Source: an uncultured Candidatus Saccharibacteria bacterium (GTDB taxonomy: Bacteria > Patescibacteriota > Minisyncoccia > Minisyncoccales > GWA2-38-27). Taken from it: 64,000 nt of DNA. Position numbers and translations under genes: made by a program. Under the pieces are notes generated by a model. It was given only the letters and a program-made list of their open reading frames with translations, was not told the DNA's origin and searched no databases. How positions within the stretch are numbered: the first letter of the stretch is position 1; each line of letters opens with the position of its first letter. Location of the stretch: NCBI GenBank assembly GCA_964394985.1, contig CAYMZK010000001.1, positions 63,957 to 127,956 of the forward strand, in the 5' to 3' direction. Shown here one piece after another: positions 19,743-29,686 of this stretch.

Positions 19743-20452
19743 CATATACCGTATTTCCCTATATCGCTATAAGGCTTGGACTATATCTTCACCCACTCCC
19801 GTGATGGGAGTTAGGGGCTTGACGTGTAGTCTCTGAGGATTCTTCTAATAAGAGCTCAAGATTTGTTTCTTGGAGTATTTCCGTTCTCGGCCGACTAGGA
19901 TAAGATCTCTTAACTTTAAGATTTCTTCCATGCCGGTTTTTTTGAGATGTCTCTTCTTTTTAAGTATGTCTGTGATTTTACAAAAAACTTCAAACACTTT
20001 TTTCTTATTCTCTGATAACAGAGGATAATTTCTGAAAAAAGGAATGACAATTTTTATAATATCTTCCAGTTTTCTTGTTTCAAAATAACATATCCCATCC
20101 TTACGATAACGAATTGTTCCACAATTTAAGAATTTCTTAAATATTTCAGGAACCGTATCGTCTTTCTGAGAAATATTGAACGATAATGAAACCTTCCATC
20201 CATACCTATAATCATCTCTTTTGATTAGAGAGACATTAAAACTTCCTTCTCCATCCGCAAATCCACTCAAATAATAACCGAGGCTCTTACTAGCAGTCTT
20301 TCCTGCTGATTGTCCGCAATTGTACATTTTCACTGCCATAATCTTACTATTATTATACAAGATAACGGCGAGTAGTACAATATGCCCGGAGTTTCCAGCA
20401 TATGGTCAAGTTATTTTTTCTAAGAATTACTTCTTAGTGCGGCAACTTTCTT
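19743..20452 (-). mobile_element. Group I intron after U1911 (helix 69), with homing endonuclease
   Basis: Exon GGCGGU|AACUAUAAC is split; terminal G; 40-nt exon to the next intron matches the 1911-1951 spacing. Confidence 0.88.
19845..20360 (-). CDS. LAGLIDADG homing endonuclease (start uncertain)
   Basis: YLSGFADGEGSF; VIPFFRNYPLLS. Confidence 0.88.
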   Translation of the reverse strand: MYNNSKIMAVKMYNCGQSAGKTASKSLGYYLSGFADGEGSFNVSLIKRDDYRYGWKVSLSFNISQKDDTVPEIFKKFLNCGTIRYRKDGICYFETRKLEDIIKIVIPFFRNYPLLSENKKKVFEVFCKITDILKKKRHLKKTGMEEILKLRDLILVGRERKYSKKQILSSY

Positions 20453-21822
20453 ACCGCCGACGTTCACTGGCGCTTCGAGCAGTCAGCCCAAGTGATAAAT
20501 CACTAGGACCGCCACTGTTAACGTTCCAGCACTGGTCAGGCCTCAACCCCTATACATCTTCTTACGAATTAAGCAGGGATCTGTGTTTTTGATAAACAGT
20601 CGCCAGAGGTCTTTCGCTGCGGCCTCGCTTAAGCGAGGCAAGGCATATCCCGAAGTTACGCCTGCTGTTTTGCCGAGTTCCTTCAAGAACTTTCACTCGT
20701 TCACCTTAGTACACTAATACCAACCCACCTGTGTCGGTTTGCGGTACGGATTTCATATCCCTAACTTTTAAGAACTTTTCCAGGTAGCTTGATCACACAA
20801 GTTTGCTTCATCCGAAGAATCAGCTCAACTGCAAATCCAATAATGCACCTTGTTTCACAAACTACGTCATCCTTAAAAAAAGATATGAAAGGGCCGGAAT
20901 ATTAACCGGCTGTCCATCCCTTACTACCCTTCGGTAGCAAAGTTAGGACCGCCTAACCCTTGGCTGATTGCCATTGCCAAGGAAACCTTGGGTTTTCGGT
21001 GTGCGGGGCTTTCACCCGCATTGCGGTTACTCATGCCAACATTCTCTCTTCTTAACGCTCCACCAAACCTCACGATTTAGCTTCAGTGCATTAAGAATGC
21101 TCCCCTACCGATTATTGTAAACAATAATCCCTTATCTTCGGCATATAACTTGAGTCCCGTAAATTTTTGGCGCAAAATTCCTTAGCTAGTAAGCTGTTAC
21201 GCACTTTTTGAAAGATAGCTGCTTCTAAGCTAACTTCCTAGCTATCAATGGAGTTTCACTTCCTTCAAAACACTTAGTTATAATTTAGGGGCCTTAGATG
21301 AAGATCTGGGCTGTTTCCCTTTCGACCATGGAGCTTAGCCCCCACAGTCTAACTGTTTGTAAACATTTTCCGGCATTCGGAGTTTGATTGGAAGATCCGA
21401 GCGAAAGCCCAAGAAATTCCATTCAGTGCTCTACCTCCAGAAAACTATATACAAATGCTAGCCCTAAAGCTATTTCGGGGAGAACCAGCTATTACCAAGC
21501 TCGATTAGCTTTTCACTCCTTACCACAACTCATCCCAGAGTATTGCACGGCTCAAGGGTTCGGGCCTCCTTCTATCTTTCGATAGAGTTCACCCTGGTCA
21601 TGGCAAGCTCGCTTGGCTTCGGGTCTTAAGCATTCTCTCAATTGTTCGCGCTTTTAACACTCGCTTTCGCTACGCCTCAATCCCGGAAGGATTCAGACAA
21701 AGAAAACACTTAAACTCGTTGGCTCATTCTTCAATAGGCACGCCATCACCCCGCTAAAAGCGGAGCTCTGACTCCTTGTAAGCAAAATGGTTTCAGGTAC
21801 TATTTCACCGCCCTCACCGGGC

Positions 21823-21862
<40 letters not shown>

Positions 21863-22564
21863 AGATATCGTAGTATTTAGCCTTGGCCGATTAGTCCGGC
21901 CTGTTTCCTACAGGGTTTTCTTTCCCCATAGTACTCAAGTAAAATAACAAGGAGCACGAATAAATTTTTAAGTACAGGACTATTACCTTCTATGGTCACC
22001 CTTTCCAGGGATGTTCCTCTAACCTATTCGCCTTTTTATTCTCCCTCGGCAAACATTCTATTTCCCAAAAAGAGAAATAGAATACTCCCGACGTTATTCC
22101 CTTACAACCCCACATTAAAAAATATGGTTTGGGCTTTTCCCTTTTCGCTCGCCGCTACTTGGGGAATAAAATTATTTTTCTTTTCCTCCGCTTACTGGGA
22201 TGTTTCACTTCAGCGGGTTCGCCATCCGACATACATCGGATTAATATGGGTTTACCATATTGCGTTTACGCATTCGGAAATCTCCGGGTCAAAGGTTGCT
22301 AAACACCTCACCGAAGCTTATCGCAGTCACGCCACGTCCTTCATCGCCTTGATATCCCTAGGCATCCACCATTTGCTCTTAATAATGTTGGCTAATAATT
22401 AATAATTGTAATTGCTAGACAGTATTCAATTGACAACGTTCTTACCCATTCAGGATAAATAAAAAACCGCTTGGGGAGCGATTATTCGGACATACTATAA
22501 AATTCAGACTATATCCTACTCCCTTAGTTTTTTATATTTTATTTTCTTTATCATTGCACTATCA

Positions 22565-22593
22565 ATCTTAACAAAACCAAGAAAGAGTGTCAA
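22565..22593 (-). promoter_or_regulatory. Sigma70-type promoter of the 23S-5S unit
   Basis: TTGACA-17 bp-TAAGAT on the minus strand. Confidence 0.65.
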
Positions 22594-22637
22594 TAGCAAA
22601 AAGAAAACCGCTTGAATTGTTCAAGCGGTTTTTTGTC

Positions 22638-23222
22638 TCAAGACCTACAAGACCTATCAGAAGCAATTAGCCAGCTGCCAATTGCTTTCCAAAAAGACAG
22701 AGAGAATAAATATTTAAGTCCGGCTGCTAGCCCGCATACTAGTCCGTATACTAGTCCAACTGCTAGTCCGTATACTAGTCCGGCTGCTAGTCCGTATACT
22801 AGTCCGGCTGCTAGTCCGTATACTAGTCCGGCTGCTAGTCCGTATACTAGTCCGAATGCTAGTCCGGCTACTAGTCCGAAGGCTAGTCCGAATGCTAGTC
22901 CGAATGCTAGTCCGAATGCTAGTCCGACTGCTAGTCCGACTGCTAGTCCGACTACTAGTCCGACTGCTATATTTTCATTATCCATAATCTTGCTGGTAAA
23001 CAACCAAACAAAAATTATAGAAAAGATGGGTCCTATGAGAATATCCCACCAACGGGAAACCTCAAAGGGGAGCTGAATAATTACTTGTTCGTTCCACTGG
23101 ATTTGAGCGACCGAAGGAACACTCCCAGCCACCAAATACCAGATTGCCCAAAAAAGAGCAATTAGCACTGCCGAAACCAGAGAGAATCGGCACATCATTG
23201 AAATCCTTCTTTCTTTTTCCAT
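22638..23222 (-). CDS. Membrane protein with (GLxx)n tandem repeats
   Basis: Hydrophobic; aaaggag RBS; terminator hairpin 22604..22633; the antisense ORF 22612..23076 is a shadow. Confidence 0.7.
   Translation of the reverse strand: MEKERRISMMCRFSLVSAVLIALFWAIWYLVAGSVPSVAQIQWNEQVIIQLPFEVSRWWDILIGPIFSIIFVWLFTSKIMDNENIAVGLVVGLAVGLAVGLAFGLAFGLAFGLAFGLVAGLAFGLVYGLAAGLVYGLAAGLVYGLAAGLVYGLAVGLVYGLVCGLAAGLKYLFSLSFWKAIGSWLIASDRSCRS
22716..22968 (-). repeat. 12-bp tandem repeat (about 21 copies) encoding GL[AV]x
   Basis: Recurrent ctagtccg core every 12 bp. Confidence 0.9.
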
Positions 23223-23355
23223 GATTAACTCCTTTCTTCTTGTATTGCTTATTAGTAAAGAACCAATTTGATTATATATTAAATATTATTATTTGTCAAT
23301 AGCAAAAAAAGAAGCCCTTGATAAAAAGGGCTCCTTTTTCTTTTCTAAGATCAAA

Positions 23356-24036
23356 CTAGGAAAGTTTGTCTTTTAAGTCTTTAACAATTTCACCAGCAAC
23401 TTCCTTTCCGCCAAGTCCAAACGCAAGACCAACAGCAATAACAATCATGGCAACAATTCCTTTGAATAGATCAGCCATAAACACAGCTCCAATTCCAAGT
23501 TGGTGTAAAATAGTCAAAATAGCAAAAATTAAGATAGACCACTTTATAATGAGTCCCACCATTCCACCGTATCCAGATTTTACGCCTTCTACGGATGCCC
23601 TTACTACCTTCTCTAAAATGTCAGCAATAACTACTGCTACAACGAAAATGAAAGCAGCAACCACTACATTAGGAAGATATGGGAGAACGTCTGCCGTTAA
23701 GAAAACTGTTAACTGATTAAAGCCAAGTATTTCAATAGCTGCAGCTATAAAGACAATCAATAAAACCCATTTAATGATTGACCCTACAAATTCAGATGCA
23801 TCTACTTTAATATCTGCTTTCTCTAGAGCTGATTTCCATCCTCCTCTTTCAAAAATCTGATTAAATCGAATTTTCTTTAAAACTTCAGCAACAACCTTTC
23901 CAACAGCCAAAGCTATTAACCATCCAATAACAAAAACTATTAAAGCTCCGATTAAACTTGGGATGAAATCAATAAAACCAATCCAAAGATTACTTAAAGC
24001 ATCAAAAGTAGTATCAAGCCAATTTGTTAAAATCAT
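23356..24036 (-). CDS. MscS-related TM-helix protein (CmpX-like)
   Basis: FIPSLIGALIVFVIGWLIA; YLPNVVVAAFI; GLAFGLGGKE. Confidence 0.8.
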   Translation of the reverse strand: MILTNWLDTTFDALSNLWIGFIDFIPSLIGALIVFVIGWLIALAVGKVVAEVLKKIRFNQIFERGGWKSALEKADIKVDASEFVGSIIKWVLLIVFIAAAIEILGFNQLTVFLTADVLPYLPNVVVAAFIFVVAVVIADILEKVVRASVEGVKSGYGGMVGLIIKWSILIFAILTILHQLGIGAVFMADLFKGIVAMIVIAVGLAFGLGGKEVAGEIVKDLKDKLS

Positions 24037-24149
24037 ATTTATTTGCTTTTTGCTTTATGTTTATATTAACGACCTTTTTAATTGTTCTTTATTTAATTAT
24101 ACCAAAATCAAGAAGATTAAACACTATACAACTGTGGATAACCTTAAAC

Positions 24150-24440
24150 CTACTTTTTTAATATAATCTTATAAAAACTTTCCAAAAAATCTCCGCCGGC
24201 ATAAGCAGCAATTAAAGCAATAGCTGGAGTTAAAGGAATAGCTAAATGATCAGGTCCTACTTCGTTTAAAGCGCTGGCAATAATTACACCGATAGTTCCA
24301 GAAATAAAAGTCATCGCTAAAAAATACTTTAAATCAAAGCCAACATTTTTATAAGAATACTGATGTTTGATGAAGCCCAAAAGTCCCCTAATAGCTCCTC
24401 CCCCAAACCCTGCTATTAAAATAGCTACATAATAGCTCAT
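24150..24440 (-). CDS. Small hypothetical membrane protein
   Basis: Three hydrophobic segments; GFGGGAIRGL and AYAGGDFLES. Confidence 0.6.
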   Translation of the reverse strand: MSYYVAILIAGFGGGAIRGLLGFIKHQYSYKNVGFDLKYFLAMTFISGTIGVIIASALNEVGPDHLAIPLTPAIALIAAYAGGDFLESFYKIILKK

Positions 24441-24471
24441 AATACTTTTTAATTATTATCTTTTGATTAAA

Positions 24472-24948
24472 TTAATTTAAAAGCCAAATGGAATAATTTA
24501 AATAAATAGCAAGGCTGACCCATAAAAGATAGGGCAAAAGCAATATTGCTGACCACTTAGAAACTCTAAAGAAATAAATAATTGTTAACAATATTGCCAA
24601 CCAAAAAATGATTATTTCTACTAAGGCCAGGCCCGGATTTTGCGAGCCAAAAAAGATTATAGACCATAAAGAATTTAAAACTAACTGAAGCGCAAAAAAT
24701 AAAAGACCGATTTTTGAATCTCTTTCTTTAAATCCCCTTTTCCAAACTAAAAATAAAGCAATCCCCATAAGTAAATACAAAAGAGTCCAAACTGGACCAA
24801 AAACCCAACCAGGCGGATTTATCTCTGGCTTTACTAGACCCGCATACCAGCTACTAATTGCTGGTGCCGTGAAAAAAGAACCAACAACACCTGCTAGCTC
24901 ACAAATTCCGATAGAAATAAATAATTTTACAATATTTTTTTTACTCAT
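24472..24948 (-). CDS. tspO: TspO/MBR family sensory protein
   Basis: WYAGLVKPEINPPGWVFGPVWTLLY; LLLPYLLWVS. Confidence 0.92.
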   Translation of the reverse strand: MSKKNIVKLFISIGICELAGVVGSFFTAPAISSWYAGLVKPEINPPGWVFGPVWTLLYLLMGIALFLVWKRGFKERDSKIGLLFFALQLVLNSLWSIIFFGSQNPGLALVEIIIFWLAILLTIIYFFRVSKWSAILLLPYLLWVSLAIYLNYSIWLLN

Positions 24949-25194
24949 ATTATATTAATTATACAAATTAATTACCAATATTTCAAGTAATTAATCTCTT
25001 TTTATACTCTTTTAATATTTTAAAACTAGGAAAGAATACTGGTTTTTTATTTCTCGTTCCAATCCTTTCTCTCTCCTTCTCTTTGAGCTTCTTTTAAATC
25101 CATATTCTTATACTTAGATTAACATTTTAGACACAAAAAAACAATTTATTTTTTATTTTTGAGAATTAAGTGTTGCACTTGAAGATTGAATGCA

Positions 25195-25990
25195 GCGTAC
25201 CTTTAATTCTATTCCAATAGGAATCTTTTTAAATCTATTGATTGTTTTTTGCTTTGTTAGTTCAGCTGTGGCCCTTCCTAATTTATCAGCTAAGATAAAT
25301 CCTGATTTTCTCTCAACGTGAGTAAGAATATGTTGTCTATCTTTTCCTAGGATAGTATCTCCTTCCCAGTCTCCAATTCTTGCCCTTTGATTTACAATCT
25401 CTGGTCGAGTATCAATTCTTCTCTTTTTAAGCTTCTCTCGCTCTTTCTCACGTATTCTAGTGCCATATCTACGTCGATACTTACCTTTTTGACATCTCAA
25501 ATATTTAACCAGATCTTTTCTTTCATTGTAGATATATTTGTAAATAGTATCTTTCCCAATATATTTCTTTTTATGGTTTTCATTCCATTTGCCAGCTATT
25601 TGATCCGGAGACCAATATTTCTTTAATTTCCTAATAATGTATTTTCTTAAAGATTTATCATTCTCTATCTTTCTAAATCTAGCATTAGCTTCAAGTCTTT
25701 TCTCTTTAGCTAATCTTTTAGATTTACTTACATAATACTTTCCATTTATTCCTTCTCCTCGTTTACGTTCTCGCCAGAGAGTAGTCCGACTTTTTCTTAA
25801 AAGCTTAGCTATTTCTTTCTTCTTTGCTTTAGTTCTTAACAGAACAGATAGCTGATTTTTCTGTTCTGGGGTAAAATGTTTGTAGGGCATGTTGTTTATC
25901 AAGTTAGTTATTAATTCCTTAATAATCATTTTACTTGAAAACACTTGCCCTTTTAAGTTACCTTGATGTTTCACTTCGGAGTAGAATGTA
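25195..25990 (-). mobile_element. Truncated IS30-family element (transposase start about 25890)
   Basis: HTH, WSPDQI, TIYKYIY, GDWEGDT and VERKS motifs; C-terminal DDE part missing; IS30-type end tgtttcacttcggagtagaatgta 25967..25990. Confidence 0.85.
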
Positions 25991-25993
25991 CCT

Positions 25994-26053
25994 ACAAAAG
26001 ATTGACAAATCAAGAAAAAAGATGTAAGTTTGTATATTAACAGGAAATAGTTT
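25994..26053 (+). promoter_or_regulatory. Promoter-bearing 60-bp inverted repeat (left copy)
   Basis: 57/60 identical to the reverse complement of 29083..29142; TTGACA-17-TAAGTT. Confidence 0.8.
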
Positions 26054-26098
26054 CTTATTAAAAACAGTACTTTAACAAATAAATAGGAGGTATAAGCT

Positions 26099-26368
26099 AT
26101 GCAACGATCTTCAAAAGAGATTAAAGCACGGTGTGCTTGCATCCTCAGCAGCAAGAGTATTGTTACTCTTGTGGAAGCAAGCAGTAGTCCATCGGCTGCC
26201 TATGAGATGGTTTTTGCGGAAAGCAAAGACATTTTAATGGCAAAAGCTAGCAGATGGCTTGCGGTATTGCGTCGGAATTACCCCACCGAGTATCGTAGAC
26301 TCGTTCCAGCCCAACTCGGCCACGTCAGTAATGACACGGTACAGACAGAAAAGGAGACAAGGTTATGA
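26099..26368 (+). CDS. Small hypothetical protein coupled to the PheRS-like gene
   Basis: aggagg RBS; ATGA overlap with the next gene. Confidence 0.65.
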   Translation: MQRSSKEIKARCACILSSKSIVTLVEASSSPSAAYEMVFAESKDILMAKASRWLAVLRRNYPTEYRRLVPAQLGHVSNDTVQTEKETRL

Positions 26369-27480
26369 AAAAGGAAGTCATGTCAGCAGAACGTCTGGAG
26401 GCCTCATTGGCAATACCAGACCTAACCGATCCCAAGAATGGGGTCCATGCCATCAATATTGTTGTCTATAACATTATGACGGCATTGCAGAGGGCGTATC
26501 CCGGAACGGCAGTTGAAGAAGTCCGACTGAACCCCGAGGTGTCCGTCAAAGAGAACTTCGACGACCTACTCTTCCCATCAGATAATGCTGGGAGGTCGTC
26601 TCGCTACACGAGATACGTCACCGAGAACACCGTCTTGAGAACCCACACTTCTTCCGCGATTCCGGGATGGCTCAAGAAAGTATCCCAAAACAGTGTCAAG
26701 GATACAATCGTCGTTTTGCCGGGTATGTGCTATCGCCGTGATGTGGTCGACAAGACACATTGTGGTGAACCGCACCAGATGGATGTGTGGCGAATCAAAT
26801 GTGGTCAACCACACTTCACCAGAAAAGACCTGATCTCTCTGGTGGAAACAATTCTTAACTGCATTGTTCCGGGTTGTGAATACCGGGCCAACGAGGTCAA
26901 ACATCCATACACCCTGAACGGCCTCGAGGTGGAAGTTTTGATGAATAGATCATGGCTGGAGATTCTGGAGTGCGGTGAGGCTCATCCAACCGTACTCAAA
27001 AACGCCGGTCTTGATTCGGAAGAATACTCCGGGCTTGCACTGGGCATGGGGCTGGATCGTCTCGTCATGATCATCAAGGGAATTGATGATATTCGAGTTC
27101 TGAGATCGGACGATGCGCGAATTAAAAGCCAAATGACAAATCTGGAGAAGTTCACCACCGTATCCGATCAGCCTGCGACCAAAAGGGTCCTCTCATATTC
27201 CACTTCGGTTGAAAAAACCGAGGAGGATATTTGCGAAGAAATTCGCGACGAGTTAGGTCCTGACGCTGTCTTTATTGAAAAGATCAAATACTCAGAGATT
27301 CCCTATGAACAGCTATCAGAGAAGGCTCGAACCAACCTTGGCATTCATCCTGACCAGAAAAATGTGGTGGCAACACTGACATTCCGATCGCTGAAAGGAT
27401 CTCTTCCTCGAACGATGGTCAACGATTGGATGCAACGTCTCTACCCGAAGTTAAACAGAGGGAGTCGAGGCTATATGTAA
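26365..27480 (+). CDS. PheS-related monomeric class II aaRS-like ligase
   Basis: ENFDDL, LRTHTS, CYRRDVVDKTH..HQMD, GLALGMGLDRL, DIRVL; degenerate ferredoxin-fold C-terminus. Confidence 0.8.
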   Translation: MKKEVMSAERLEASLAIPDLTDPKNGVHAINIVVYNIMTALQRAYPGTAVEEVRLNPEVSVKENFDDLLFPSDNAGRSSRYTRYVTENTVLRTHTSSAIPGWLKKVSQNSVKDTIVVLPGMCYRRDVVDKTHCGEPHQMDVWRIKCGQPHFTRKDLISLVETILNCIVPGCEYRANEVKHPYTLNGLEVEVLMNRSWLEILECGEAHPTVLKNAGLDSEEYSGLALGMGLDRLVMIIKGIDDIRVLRSDDARIKSQMTNLEKFTTVSDQPATKRVLSYSTSVEKTEEDICEEIRDELGPDAVFIEKIKYSEIPYEQLSEKARTNLGIHPDQKNVVATLTFRSLKGSLPRTMVNDWMQRLYPKLNRGSRGYM

Positions 27481-27587
27481 TTGCCTGCTTATGCGGTAAA
27501 CTACATCATGAGGTTATGGACAAAAAATGTCTGTAGCCTCTTTTTTAATATTAAAACCCCGTGTCAGTTTCCTGACACGAGGTTAAG

Positions 27588-29036
27588 TTAAAATACTGGG
27601 AAAAGTTCGACATCCCTTATATCCTTTGCGTTAAGCAAAAGCATAAGAAGACGTTCCATCCCCATGCCAATTCCTCTGCAAGGAGGAAGCCCAAATTTCA
27701 TCGCTTCGATGATATCTTTGTTAATATCTCTATTCTGATCATCTCTGCGATAAGATAGCTGTTCCTCCATTCGGTGTTTGATAACCCTAGGATCACGCTC
27801 CGGGTTAACTAAGTCAGCAACCAGCATTCCATTAATTACAAGCAAGGTCTCATCGATAGTTGAACCATCGTCATTGACTTTGAAAAGCGGAGATTGGGCT
27901 GCCGGCAAATTTCTTAGAAAAACAGGTCCAGTGATGTTGGACATCATATGCGCATACAGTGACGTAGTCACTGTATACTTGTTCAACTTTGCGGGATGAG
28001 TAATTCCTGCTTTGTCTAGTAGATGCACGAGTTCTTCGATAGGACGTGATTCGTCATACCGGAGACCTGTGCATTTTTCGAGCTCATCATTAAAGTCACA
28101 TGATGGCCATTCGCCAGTGCAGTCAATCGACCCTTCAGTAGTTGGAATCGATATTGAACCGTAAAGTTGGACAAGAATTTCACATATCATGTCCCGCATC
28201 AGATTCTCCATTTCTTCCCTCGTCGCATATGCTCGATACAGCTCAAGAATCGTGAACTGGGGAAGCATGTCTGCAGTTGCACCCTGATTCCTGAATGATT
28301 TGCCGATCTCAAATACTTTTGAAAAACCAGCAATAATCAGTTTTCTAAGAAACAACTCGGACGTCAACCTCAGATACATATCCTTGTCATGTTCGGTCAC
28401 GTGCGTAACAAAAGGATCAGCCAACCCTGCTTCAAAGCTTTCCTGAAGCAATGTCATACTTAGCTCCTCATAGCCGTTGCTATAGAGGAACTGACGGATC
28501 ACTCTGAAGACTGTTGAACATTTGCGAAAGTGCAGAATCTTTTCTCGGTCTCGGATCATTTGAAGATGTCGATGAGCATACAAATTTGACCTCTTACAGA
28601 AATCGATATTGCTGTCATAGACATCTCCTGTTGCTTTGGAAAGTAACAAGACTTTCTCGCCAAGAAAAACATCGCCATTGGCTGTGCCAATCTTCACACC
28701 GTTCAACACCACGATGTCTCCATAATGAATCATGAAGTTTACCATGTTAATGTTTTTGGGTGTTCGAACAAGAAATGCCGGGATGGATGAACCGTTTCCT
28801 TCAATCCTTTCGAAATTGATGACTTCTTTGTCATACAGCTTGCTGAATACTCCGAGTTTGGAGATTTTACCAGTATTATCGGAAAGCATCAACCTCCCGA
28901 CAAGTGTAGCTCTTTCACCATTCCGAAGATTACCAAATGCATCGACTTCGATTGATCCCCTTGGTGCCTCGCGGCGATACGCAAAAGAATCATTTTCGAG
29001 GGCAAAAACCCTCTTTCTCTCGCTTTTTTTGGCCAT
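27588..29036 (-). CDS. Divergent class II LysRS-like protein
   Basis: PFVTH, MYLRLTSELFLRKL, VFEIGKSFRNQG, GLPPCRGIGMGMERL, IRDVELFP. Confidence 0.8.
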   Translation of the reverse strand: MAKKSERKRVFALENDSFAYRREAPRGSIEVDAFGNLRNGERATLVGRLMLSDNTGKISKLGVFSKLYDKEVINFERIEGNGSSIPAFLVRTPKNINMVNFMIHYGDIVVLNGVKIGTANGDVFLGEKVLLLSKATGDVYDSNIDFCKRSNLYAHRHLQMIRDREKILHFRKCSTVFRVIRQFLYSNGYEELSMTLLQESFEAGLADPFVTHVTEHDKDMYLRLTSELFLRKLIIAGFSKVFEIGKSFRNQGATADMLPQFTILELYRAYATREEMENLMRDMICEILVQLYGSISIPTTEGSIDCTGEWPSCDFNDELEKCTGLRYDESRPIEELVHLLDKAGITHPAKLNKYTVTTSLYAHMMSNITGPVFLRNLPAAQSPLFKVNDDGSTIDETLLVINGMLVADLVNPERDPRVIKHRMEEQLSYRRDDQNRDINKDIIEAMKFGLPPCRGIGMGMERLLMLLLNAKDIRDVELFPVF

Positions 29037-29082
29037 AAGACACCTCCTCTGATTGGTTTGTTAATGAACTATTTATAACAAA

Positions 29083-29142
29083 AACCTATTTCCTATTAAT
29101 ATACAAACCTACATCTTTTTTCTTGATTTGTCAATCTTTTGT
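29083..29142 (-). promoter_or_regulatory. Promoter-bearing 60-bp inverted repeat (right copy)
   Basis: Inverted copy of 25994..26053; TTGACA-17-TAGGTT pointing into the LysRS-like gene. Confidence 0.8.
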
Positions 29143-29146
29143 TGGC

Positions 29147-29686
29147 CTAATTCTTTTTAAAAATATCGTATTTAAAATCCTTGTATGTCATAGATGGACG
29201 CGGCCCAGTGCTATTTTGATATTTTCCCTCGTATAAAACTATGTCACCCAAGGGAACCCAAAAACTTACTTGGGCTATCAGCATGCCCGGGTATAACCTG
29301 ACAGGAAGAGTTGCATACAATTGGAATGTTGTAACTCCATGAGAGCCTATATCAATTAGGTCAGCGGTGACATGAACAAATAAACCCATTCTTGCCGTGC
29401 CAGATTTACCATGTATTAAGGGAACATAGAAATCACTACCTATACTCTCTCTGGAATGTCCCAACACAAAATCACCGGCATTAAGTACTAACCCATCCTC
29501 AGGAATAGTTATCTCTTCATAAGATGCTTGGCGTTTCGGATCAATTATGTCTTGTTTGTACCGAACAATTGTGTTTCCAAGTGATAAATCGTATGAATTA
29601 GTCGTTACACGGATTTTGTCAAATGGATCGATGTCAATTTTTCTTTTTTTAACTTCTACTATTATTTTTTTACCAGTGAGTATCAT
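29147..29686 (-). CDS. dcd: dCTP deaminase-like protein B
   Basis: MILTG, SYDLSL, GKSGTARMGLFVH, IDIG, LYPGMLIAQ, YEGKYQ. Confidence 0.8.
   Translation of the reverse strand: MILTGKKIIVEVKKRKIDIDPFDKIRVTTNSYDLSLGNTIVRYKQDIIDPKRQASYEEITIPEDGLVLNAGDFVLGHSRESIGSDFYVPLIHGKSGTARMGLFVHVTADLIDIGSHGVTTFQLYATLPVRLYPGMLIAQVSFWVPLGDIVLYEGKYQNSTGPRPSMTYKDFKYDIFKKN

Noticed and set aside
22504-22524. gatatagtctg (group I P7-like) in the rRNA leader
   Set aside because: No partner core elements or exon junction found; too short to call an intron
22716-22968. Possible CRISPR array
   Set aside because: Contiguous 12-bp in-frame repeats without unique spacers; no cas genes in the window
22612-23076. + strand Ser/Pro/Thr-rich ORF (SPYTSPAA repeats)
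   Set aside because: Antisense shadow of the 12-bp repeat; the minus-strand gene has the RBS, promoter and terminator
25891-26154. N-terminal extension of the IS30 transposase ORF
   Set aside because: Runs across the IS end and the opposite-strand promoter and ORF; homology starts at MPYKHFT (25890)
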